NCBI GenBank assembly: GCA_037969155.1
Contig: JBBKWW010000039.1
Coordinates: 1-15,939 of the forward strand
Length of the DNA stretch: 15,939 bases
Direction of reading: 5' to 3'
Source: Moraxellaceae bacterium
GTDB lineage: Bacteria > Pseudomonadota > Gammaproteobacteria > Pseudomonadales > Moraxellaceae
In this document: one piece after another, positions 9,201 to 15,790 of the stretch
Layout of the letters: each line of letters opens with the position of its first letter
How positions within the stretch are numbered: the stretch's first letter is position 1
Notes under the pieces: generated by a model
The model's database searches: none
What the model was told of the DNA's origin: nothing
The model's input: only the letters and a program-made list of their open reading frames with translations
Program-made: the position numbers and the translations under genes

Positions 9201-11670
9201 AGGGCTGCTCCGTTTCTCGCCGACCGCACGCGCGATGGCAATGCTGTTTTGGCAAGCACTGACCCAACAACCGAACTGCCAAACTGCCCGTAGCTTACAG
9301 GCGCGTGCCCAGTCGGCGGGTAGCTTGCAGCGGATTCTCGGCAGTGAGCAACTGTTACAGCGCTTGACCGAAGAAATTCAGCCTGCCCTATCCAGCTTTA
9401 TCGATGCCCAGCAACTGCGTGCCAATACCGCCCAAACCCAACAAGCCGCAGCGTACTTGATTCGACAACTCGCCGACCCAGTGGCCAGCCAAGATGTCCG
9501 CTTCGTCAGCACGCAATATGCGCAACAACAACGACAAGCCTTCCAACAGGCTGCACAGCAACAGGGCTATCAGGCCGAGCTACAACAGGCCATTCAGCAA
9601 GCCGGTCAAAATTATGGCAAAGCATGGGCAGTGGCTGACACATGGCTGACGGCGTTTTTGCAAAAACATGAAAGTAACAATCCGGCGCAACAGCAGCACT
9701 ATCTGCCCGAAACTATTGCACTGCTGCTCACCCCCGAACTGCCGCATCAGGCACAGTCAGTCGAACTGTCGTTTGTGATTGAAGGTTTAATCGGTCAGCA
9801 TCCGCGTTTAAATGGCCAACAACTGTCGATTCAATTGGATGATTTTTTTGAGCGTTTACAACAGCATGAACAGGTGGTGATCACGGGTTGGCAGCAACTG
9901 CAACAGCTGCGACACGAGATTTTGCAGCAGCAACGCGAGCGGCTGCGCTTGAGTGAATACACCGCCAAACCGCTATCATCATTTGTGCGCAATAAGCTAA
10001 TTAGCGAAAGTTATTTGCCATTGATCGGTGACAATCTGGCCAAACAAATGGGCACTGTCGGCGAAAATCGACGCACCGATCAGACGGGCCTACTGATGAT
10101 GATCTCGCCGCCTGGTTATGGTAAAACCACCCTGATGGAGTATGTTGCTGATCGTTTAGGCTTGATTTTTATGAAAATCAACTGCCCCAGCCTTGGCCAT
10201 GATGTGACCTCACTCGATCCTGAGCAAGCCCACCATTCCACCGCAAAATCCGAACTGACCAAACTGAATCTGGCCTTAGAAATGGGCAACAACGTGATGC
10301 TGTATCTGGATGACATTCAGCATACGCATCCTGAGTTTTTACAAAAATTCATCTCCTTATGTGATGGTACACGGCGGATTGAAGGGGTTTGGCGTGGCAA
10401 AAGCAAAACCTACGACATGCGCGGCAAGCGCTTTTGTATTGCGATGGCAGGTAATCCGTACACCGAAAGCGGTGAAGTGTTTAAGATTCCTGACATGCTC
10501 GCCAACCGCGCCGATATTTATAACTTAGGCGATGTACTCAGCGGCATGGAACAGGTGTTTGCACTGTCGTATATCGAAAACGCGATCAGTTCGAATGCCA
10601 TGATTGCACCGATAGCGACCCGTGGCATGGATGATTTTTATCGTTTTGTTGATCTCGCCAATGGCCGCGACGTGCCGAGTACCGAGTTTGATTACGACTA
10701 TAGCGCAGCGGAACGGCAAGACATCACCAAGGTCATGCAAAACCTGTTTAAAGTACGCCAGACTGTGCTTCGGGTGAATCAAGAATACATCGCATCGAGT
10801 GCGCAAGCCGATCAGTATCGCACTGAGCCGAGTTTTCGCTTGCAAGGCAGCTATCGCAACATGAACCGCTTGGCCGAAAAAATCTCACCGATCATGACCG
10901 ACGCTGAAATCGAACGGCTACTCGACGATCACTATGTGGGTGAAGCACAATTGCTGACGCAAGGTGCAGAAGAAAACCTGCTCAAGCTTAAATCCATGCG
11001 CGGCACCTTGAACGCCGAGGAGCAAACCCGCTGGACACAGATCACCAGCGAGTTTCAACGCCGCCAGCAGATGGGCGGCGACCAAGACACCGGCGAAAAA
11101 GTGGTACGCCAGTTGGTATTTATCAGCGAGGGCTTACAACAACTGCACAGCATCAGCAATCAGCACAGCGAACGACAACTGACTCAGCAAGATGCGCAGT
11201 TTGGTCGCATCGCTGACGGTCTATCTGGCTTGCAAAACAGCCAGCGCGAACTGACCGAACAACGCCACAATCAACAGCGCGACTTGGCCAGCCAACAGCT
11301 ACGCTTAGAACAGACACGCCAACAACAACAGAACGATACGCTGAGTGGCTTGGCGGCGCAATTGATCCAGCAACTGCAACAGCTTGATCTAAAACCGCAA
11401 GTGCATATACAGATTGAAGAACCACGCAGTGTCAGTGAGCTGCTGAAACAAATGTCGAGCCTACTCGCGCAAGTGCTAGGTAGTTTAAATCCAAAGGATG
11501 ATCAGGCGGCACAGACCAAGGCCATCAGCGATGCCCTGCAAACGGGTCAAAGCCAGACCGTGCAACTGCTCCGCCAGCTGCGCATGCTGATGGTGCGCCT
11601 AGAAGGACAAGTCCGCCAAAGCAACCTGCAACAGGCGCAATTACAGCCGCCGTCTGACTCGCAAACTTAA
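6232..11670 (+). CDS. Giant multidomain protein (1812 aa). It has an N-terminal globular domain (about 1-480) and a long Gln/Leu-rich predicted coiled-coil region (about 480-1250). A MoxR/dynein-related (AAA_5-like) AAA+ ATPase core sits at about aa 1280-1480. The C-terminal tail is Gln-rich. Function unknown.
   Basis: It is a single 5.4-kb ORF with no competing long ORFs on either strand. Walker A is ISPPGYGKTTL (nt 10108-10140). Walker B is VMLYLDDIQH (nt about 10294-10323). The following RRIEG...GKRFCIAMAGNPYTESGEVFKIPDMLANRADIY segment matches the MoxR/AAA_5 pattern (DEInR...ATQNP.E..G.Y.LPEA.LDRF). The central and C-terminal regions have extended Q-rich heptad-like sequence (QQQRQAFQQAAQQQGYQAELQQAIQQ, LRLEQTRQQQQN). 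Confidence 0.8.
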   Translation: MSTDHNQLEQIVREGSAFDTIQRRLQTQGEQLRHSINDLNTERTETFGSANMAILGRSRVRTEQNGVARDVVQLGTHLLFGFNLQLGLRKNLNADDIFVLYQLDDANGEFELTAHSNAGTFLHDPVFLRDFNELQQYYSNAFLSQLVCMSGMLLAVFQIGEKVTDVRVFRWELYPNGSVNRYIDNRGERELKFPDRFGFKWITATREMQVQGRQPHLNILDTIFVDNLRGDITFKIENNTATGQGIFADPVDIDSQSLDDGSFEYADLGALILVRILPFTEKTWRYYIFNRDLQTVRRVDELAGSVVALPENHGVIFPAGFYLNSGELKTYEIAAEDFRFLRSIRAPNGEDVLFIFFAQKTGHVLLYRYNLINKSTDTPLIGHGYALHSSGRLVIFHAEGEPTLVHPLQLWQTPFMTDTVHAEQQQSNDSVLGKIGNPELVRGIAELNSITKLIEQPTASERHFNSLIRQIDRTLDQYFWLSEVHFEAFNQQLVAARGTAELMIDEYEKVQAIRQQSNQAIEQTAQQQAQLLRDLKPKQWNAPDQFVGYLKKLRDHHGQLMSLKDRRYIDTTRLEQLQQALKTAQDQLTVQTFDFLASEAALQGYRNTLSELASQVTTAQTRDALSTLVAQYRELTLGLDMIQSMLASMSGDNTTQQTQIAENISSIYATINQQRAEAEIRLREQGSAEARAQFTARIRLYEQSLANGIGTLSAPDDCDGLLARMLDQLQELESQFSEFDDFLLLILEQRDSTQDSIEARRLQLQEQRQRRINTLSDANSRILINIKQRSERFAELAELHAFFAGDAMVAKVRQMAQQLRDIGASLEADTAEGQLRAAQDAAMRSVRDRADIFEDGGNLIRLGRHRFSVNQQQLDLTLIPRDGKLMLHLTGTQFYEPLEDPRLAVLQQYWNIQTPSESEQVYRAEYLAYLILQQLSSRPQLPFNLADQAALTDYIRQFASPRYREGYEKGIHDVDAAKIVSALWTAQQQAGLLRFSPTARAMAMLFWQALTQQPNCQTARSLQARAQSAGSLQRILGSEQLLQRLTEEIQPALSSFIDAQQLRANTAQTQQAAAYLIRQLADPVASQDVRFVSTQYAQQQRQAFQQAAQQQGYQAELQQAIQQAGQNYGKAWAVADTWLTAFLQKHESNNPAQQQHYLPETIALLLTPELPHQAQSVELSFVIEGLIGQHPRLNGQQLSIQLDDFFERLQQHEQVVITGWQQLQQLRHEILQQQRERLRLSEYTAKPLSSFVRNKLISESYLPLIGDNLAKQMGTVGENRRTDQTGLLMMISPPGYGKTTLMEYVADRLGLIFMKINCPSLGHDVTSLDPEQAHHSTAKSELTKLNLALEMGNNVMLYLDDIQHTHPEFLQKFISLCDGTRRIEGVWRGKSKTYDMRGKRFCIAMAGNPYTESGEVFKIPDMLANRADIYNLGDVLSGMEQVFALSYIENAISSNAMIAPIATRGMDDFYRFVDLANGRDVPSTEFDYDYSAAERQDITKVMQNLFKVRQTVLRVNQEYIASSAQADQYRTEPSFRLQGSYRNMNRLAEKISPIMTDAEIERLLDDHYVGEAQLLTQGAEENLLKLKSMRGTLNAEEQTRWTQITSEFQRRQQMGGDQDTGEKVVRQLVFISEGLQQLHSISNQHSERQLTQQDAQFGRIADGLSGLQNSQRELTEQRHNQQRDLASQQLRLEQTRQQQQNDTLSGLAAQLIQQLQQLDLKPQVHIQIEEPRSVSELLKQMSSLLAQVLGSLNPKDDQAAQTKAISDALQTGQSQTVQLLRQLRMLMVRLEGQVRQSNLQQAQLQPPSDSQT

Positions 11671-11683
11671 ACTGGATATCGGC

Positions 11684-12406
11684 ATGAGCGCAGCAAAACA
11701 GATTTTATGGGTGGAGGATGACCCCGCGATTGCTGAACCGATGTGCTATGCCTTGCAACGCGAAGGCTGGCAGGTGCACTGGCAAACCACCGCACAAGGT
11801 GCATTAGAGCTGCTCAGTACACAGGTCTTTGACTGTCTGATTTTGGACGTCGGTTTGCCCGATATGGATGGTTTTGATCTGTGTCGGCGGATTCGCCAAA
11901 CCTGCCAAACGCCGCTGCTGTTTTTAACCGCACGCAATGACGAAATCGAACGCATCATCGGCCTCGAAATCGGCGCGGATGATTACTGCGCCAAGCCGTT
12001 TAGCCCGCGTGAAATCATCTCGCGGATTAAGGCGATTTGGCGACGGATGCAGCCCAGCAGCAGCGAGCCAATCCATAGCACGCCGCCTACAATACCAGCA
12101 GCCACTGACCTGCACACATGGGGCGCGTGGCGTTATCAGCCGCACAGTTATCAGTTGTTTTATCACCAGCAACTACTGAATTTAACCCGCTATGAACTGG
12201 GCTTAATCTTGCTGTTCCTACAACAGCCTGAGCGGGTGTTTAGCCGTGAACAACTGATGCAACAGGTCTGGCAACATCCCGACCACAGCCTTGAGCGCAC
12301 CGTCGATAGCCACATCAAAACCCTGCGCCAAAAACTACACGCCATCCATCCAAGCGATCCGATTGTGACCCATCGTGGTTTGGGCTATAGCTTACTGCGC
12401 GACTAA
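11684..12406 (+). CDS. creB: OmpR/PhoB-family response regulator, CreB-like.
   Basis: The receiver domain has VEDD, the phospho-acceptor region LILDVGLPDMDGFDLCR and LFLTARNDEIERIIGLEIGADDYCAKPFSPREI. The C-terminal winged helix has LTRYE...VFSREQLMQQVW...RTVDSHIKTLRQKLHAIHP...THRGLGYSL. These blocks closely parallel E. coli CreB as I recall it. The start is 13 nt after the giant ORF's stop. Confidence 0.65.
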   Translation: MSAAKQILWVEDDPAIAEPMCYALQREGWQVHWQTTAQGALELLSTQVFDCLILDVGLPDMDGFDLCRRIRQTCQTPLLFLTARNDEIERIIGLEIGADDYCAKPFSPREIISRIKAIWRRMQPSSSEPIHSTPPTIPAATDLHTWGAWRYQPHSYQLFYHQQLLNLTRYELGLILLFLQQPERVFSREQLMQQVWQHPDHSLERTVDSHIKTLRQKLHAIHPSDPIVTHRGLGYSLLRD

Positions 12407-12459
12407 GACCCAATCAGTGCGATACTGGTGATCCATAGCGGCGGGTAGATTAGGCAAGC

Positions 12460-13926
12460 ATGTCAATTTTTGTGCGAATTTGGGCAGCGTTTACGCTGGT
12501 CTTGCTGATCGGTAGTCTCCTGACCACGCATGCGCTACAACAACAAATCAAACCCAACATGCGCCAAGTGGTCGAGGATACGTTAGCGGACAATGCCAAT
12601 CTAATCGCTGGATTGGTTGCCGATGATCTACGCGATGGGCGTTTGCAAAACGTGGCGTTTGACCAAAAAATCCAAGCTGCACTCAGCCGTGATCTGAATG
12701 CCAAAATCCGCAGCATGTCAAAAACAAATGTCCAGCAAACCCTATATATCACTGATGCACAAGGCAGGGTGCGCTACGACTCGAGTGGCCACGCAACTGG
12801 CCAAGACTACTCACGCTGGAATGACGTGTATCTAACCCTACGCGGCCAATACGGCGCACGCTCAACGCGCAGCGATCCAAATGACGAGAACAGCTCGGTG
12901 ATGTATATTGCTGCACCGATCATTGATCAGGGTCAAATCATCGGCGTGGTCAGTGTCGGCAAAGCAGGGCGCACCGTACAGCCGTATATCGAAAATGCCC
13001 AGCGCGAGATGCTGCAACAAGCTGCGCTGATGGTATTAATTTCACTGTTGCTGTGTGGCGTAGTCGCATGGTGGCTACGCCGCAGTATCAACACTGTACG
13101 CCGCTACGCGCTGTCACTGCCTGCGCATGAATTGCCCGCACCGCATTTTTATTCGGCCAGTGAACTGAATGACCTGACCCGTGCCCTGACCCAAATGCGC
13201 AGCCAACTCGAAGACCGCGCCTACATCGAACAAGTGGTACACCATCTGACCCACGAACTCAAAAGCCCACTGACCGCGATCAGTGCCAGTGCTGAATTGC
13301 TACAAGACCCGCTGCCCTTGGTGGATCAGCAGCACTTCGCCGCCAATATCCAACAGCAAACCGAACATCTGCAACAACTGGTTGAGCGGCTACTGATACT
13401 GGTACGCCTAGAGCAACAAGCTGATCAATTCGTATTACAGCCCCACAATTTAAGCCAGCTTGTTGCAAGCTGTATCCAAGCGCGGCAGAGTGTTTTGCGC
13501 AGTCGGCAAGTTCAAATCATCAATACACTGCCCGATCCACTCTGGGTACTGGCTGAGCCATTTTGGTTGGGACAAGCGATTGGTAATCTGCTCGATAACG
13601 CCATCGACTTTACTGCGGCACAAGGCATGATTCGGCTCACTAGTCACCGCACGGGTTTACAACAACAACTGAGTATTGAAAACAACGGTGAACCGATTCC
13701 TGACTATGCGTTGTCACAAGTATTTGATCGGTATTTCTCTTTGCCCAGACCCATGACAGGCCGCAAAAGCAGCGGTATCGGCTTGACTTTAGTCAAAGAA
13801 ATCATGCTACGTCATCAAGGTGCAGTGACGCTGGACAACACACCGAATGGCGTCTGTGCCAGTCTGTGGTTGGCACAAGCAGACCCAAACACCGACCGTC
13901 AAACAACCACTGCGAAATCGTCATAA
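12460..13926 (+). CDS. creC: Sensor histidine kinase with two TM helices flanking a periplasmic domain of about 170 aa. CreC-like.
   Basis: H-box HHLTHELKSPLTAISASAELL, N-box LLDNAIDFT and G-box GIGLTLVKEIM. TM1 is IWAAFTLVLLIGSLLTT and TM2 is AALMVLISLLLCGVVAWWL. It is the partner of the CreB-like regulator, and a creD-like gene lies downstream. Confidence 0.6.
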   Translation: MSIFVRIWAAFTLVLLIGSLLTTHALQQQIKPNMRQVVEDTLADNANLIAGLVADDLRDGRLQNVAFDQKIQAALSRDLNAKIRSMSKTNVQQTLYITDAQGRVRYDSSGHATGQDYSRWNDVYLTLRGQYGARSTRSDPNDENSSVMYIAAPIIDQGQIIGVVSVGKAGRTVQPYIENAQREMLQQAALMVLISLLLCGVVAWWLRRSINTVRRYALSLPAHELPAPHFYSASELNDLTRALTQMRSQLEDRAYIEQVVHHLTHELKSPLTAISASAELLQDPLPLVDQQHFAANIQQQTEHLQQLVERLLILVRLEQQADQFVLQPHNLSQLVASCIQARQSVLRSRQVQIINTLPDPLWVLAEPFWLGQAIGNLLDNAIDFTAAQGMIRLTSHRTGLQQQLSIENNGEPIPDYALSQVFDRYFSLPRPMTGRKSSGIGLTLVKEIMLRHQGAVTLDNTPNGVCASLWLAQADPNTDRQTTTAKSS

Positions 13927-14028
13927 ATCTGTCATGATTTGAGGATAGTGTGATCATATGAACAATAAAAAAAGCAGCGACAATCCAACAATAATTCATC
14001 TCATCATCAGTCAGGAGAACTGTAAATT

Positions 14029-14793
14029 ATGAATATGACTCGTTATCTCAATCATTTTAAAAAACCCATGCTGCCGTCTATTTTTATCGGCATATGGCCA
14101 CTATTCGGACTGTATCTCTGGCTACAAATGGAGAGTCTATTTGCCCTGATCATCGGCAGCTTTTTTGCTGTACTGCACTATCGCAAATGGCGGCGTTACC
14201 AACGTGCGCAATATATTGAACAGTACGCCATGCCGTTGTATCTCTTGCATGATCTGCGCCGAGAGTATCAGCTTGACTCGGTACAACTGCCCATCATCGA
14301 GCGCGGCTTTAAAGACTTTTGCTTAATTCATCTGGAGAAACCCAACCAACTGCACAACATGCCGTCTAAAGCAGTCGATGCACTGTGGCACGCTTTTATC
14401 CTCGACACACGCAGCTATGCGGAGTTTTGTCAGCGTGCCTTTGGCCACATGCTGCATCATCGCCCGTCACTCGACATGCAAGCGTTGTCCAATACCACAC
14501 AGCAAAAATCCTTAAAGGCCACATGGCTTGGCGCGTGCCAACTGGAAAATTTCACCCACACACACGCCGCTCAGTTGCCGTTACAGTTACCCTTGTTATT
14601 TGCCATTGACCAGTACTTGGCGTGGCCGCAAGGCTTGCACTATCAGCTAGATCAACTGCAACACTTACTCAGAGTTCGTGATGCGAGTTCGAGTTGTGGT
14701 GGTGGAAGCTGTGGTGGGACATCCGTTGATATCAGTGATAACAGCAGTTCAGGTGGTGATTCGGGCTGTGGCGGTGGTTGTGGTGGGGATTAA
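14029..14793 (+). CDS. N-terminally membrane-anchored protein. Its conserved-looking core carries a WHxFxLDTxxY motif and several His residues, possibly related to DUF1399 (glycine-rich domain-containing protein-like). It ends in a Cys/Gly-rich C-terminal tail.
   Basis: 254 aa. TM segment: IFIGIWPLFGLYLWLQMESLFALIIGSFFAVL. Core: VDALWHAFILDTRSYAEFCQRAFGHMLHHRP. Tail: SSSCGGGSCGGTSVDISDNSSSGGDSGCGGGCGGD. AGGAGA Shine-Dalgarno 10 nt upstream. Confidence 0.55.
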   Translation: MNMTRYLNHFKKPMLPSIFIGIWPLFGLYLWLQMESLFALIIGSFFAVLHYRKWRRYQRAQYIEQYAMPLYLLHDLRREYQLDSVQLPIIERGFKDFCLIHLEKPNQLHNMPSKAVDALWHAFILDTRSYAEFCQRAFGHMLHHRPSLDMQALSNTTQQKSLKATWLGACQLENFTHTHAAQLPLQLPLLFAIDQYLAWPQGLHYQLDQLQHLLRVRDASSSCGGGSCGGTSVDISDNSSSGGDSGCGGGCGGD

Positions 14794-14886
14794 AAAAGTA
14801 TTTACGTTTTTAGATCTGCGATGACACAACCTGTCCAACTCACTCGGCATACTCAAATCTCTAAACCATCCAGCTAGGAAATCAAC

Positions 14887-15198
14887 ATGTTCACATTTAG
14901 CCACCGACTCAGCGTTTTGTTTGCACTCACTAGCATCATGTTCAGCAGCACCAGCCACGCCGCAGTTACCGAGACCTTTAAACTCACAGCCCCCGTCGAG
15001 TTTTCGGAAGAAGGCACTTATCTGACCACCAATAAGGGCGACTTTGTACTGCAAACCCTCATCATCAATCCACGTGTATTTAACACGATTAAAACCCTAA
15101 AACGTGGCAACTGCTTTAGCGCCACCTCCCCGCAAGGGCTCAGCAGCGCCGAAGGCAGTGACATCAGTAAAGTCAGTAAAATTGCCTGTAAGCGCTAA
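14887..15198 (+). CDS. Small secreted protein of unknown function (103 aa precursor, Sec signal peptide, two Cys).
   Basis: Signal peptide MFTFSHRLSVLFALTSIMFSSTSHA with the predicted cleavage after SHA and AV following. AGGAAA Shine-Dalgarno 7 nt upstream. The mature protein is about 80 aa with Cys near the C-terminus. Confidence 0.5.
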   Translation: MFTFSHRLSVLFALTSIMFSSTSHAAVTETFKLTAPVEFSEEGTYLTTNKGDFVLQTLIINPRVFNTIKTLKRGNCFSATSPQGLSSAEGSDISKVSKIACKR

Positions 15199-15228
15199 GC
15201 CACTTCACACATTTATCGGAGCCTGCAC

Positions 15229-15687
15229 ATGTCAAAATTTATTTTTTCACTGACTGCCGTCACAGCACTTAGCCTGAGCGTCAATGCACAGGCGGCTTGT
15301 CCCAGCGCAGCCAAAACGGTATTTAGCTGTAGCACCACCAATGGCAAAGTGGTCGAAATCTGTGACCTCGGCCAGCATCTCATGTATTCATTTGGCAAAC
15401 CCCGCGCCAAGCCCGAACTCCAGTTTAATCTGGCCAAAACCCGTGCCTATATGTACTTATGGGATGGCAATACTAGCTCTGAATACAATGAGTTGTATTT
15501 ACCGCGTGGCAACACCATCTATCAAGCCTACCACGCCAATCACCGCAATCATGGCGGCACTGAACATGGGATCAAAGTTTTTATCAATCAAAAACAAGTG
15601 GCTGATGTACGCTGCCGTGCGGCCAGTGTGATCGAAAACTTTCAACAGCTTGAGCTACCGCAGATCAGTGGTGACGAACGACTTTAA
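15229..15687 (+). CDS. Secreted protein of unknown function (152 aa precursor, Sec signal peptide, five Cys in the mature part).
   Basis: Signal peptide MSKFIFSLTAVTALSLSVNAQA with cleavage after AQA and A following. GGAG 8 nt upstream. The mature part, ACPSAAKTVFSCSTTNGKVVEICDLG..., suggests disulfide bonding. Confidence 0.55.
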   Translation: MSKFIFSLTAVTALSLSVNAQAACPSAAKTVFSCSTTNGKVVEICDLGQHLMYSFGKPRAKPELQFNLAKTRAYMYLWDGNTSSEYNELYLPRGNTIYQAYHANHRNHGGTEHGIKVFINQKQVADVRCRAASVIENFQQLELPQISGDERL

Positions 15688-15703
15688 TCCATACAAACTT
15701 TAA

Positions 15704-15719
15704 TTCACACAGACTTCAC
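15704..15719 (+). promoter_or_regulatory. Cre-tag direct repeat TTCACacagacTTCAC, the consensus CreB-binding motif, 72 nt upstream of the creD-like start.
   Basis: An exact TTCAC-N6-TTCAC was seen in the sequence. In E. coli, CreBC-regulated promoters including creD carry this tag. Confidence 0.5.
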
Positions 15720-15755
15720 ATACGCCACAAGCGAACCCCATCCAAGCCTCGCACA

Positions 15756-15784
15756 CTCTCCCCATCGACTAGATTTGGGGAGAG
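15756..15784 (+). promoter_or_regulatory. Hairpin CTCTCCCCA / 11-nt loop / TGGGGAGAG whose 3' arm contains the creD Shine-Dalgarno (GGAGAG, 7-8 nt before the ATG). Possible translational control element.
   Basis: A perfect 9-bp inverted repeat was seen directly. The right arm overlaps the ribosome-binding site of the ORF starting at 15791. Confidence 0.3.
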
Positions 15785-15790
15785 ATTGAG

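Noticed and set aside
6294-11425. Numerous 60-140 aa ORFs on both strands inside the giant gene (e.g. 7453..7821 -, 8412..8840 -, 10525..10845 -).
   Set aside because: All are embedded in the 5.4-kb continuous frame and none has a start context. They are the expected background for a long ORF of moderate GC.
14385-14609. ORFs 14385..14609 (+) and 14749..15054 (-) overlapping the 14029 and 14887 genes.
   Set aside because: Alternate-frame or antisense overlaps with better-supported genes that have a Shine-Dalgarno, TM or signal-peptide features. No independent support.
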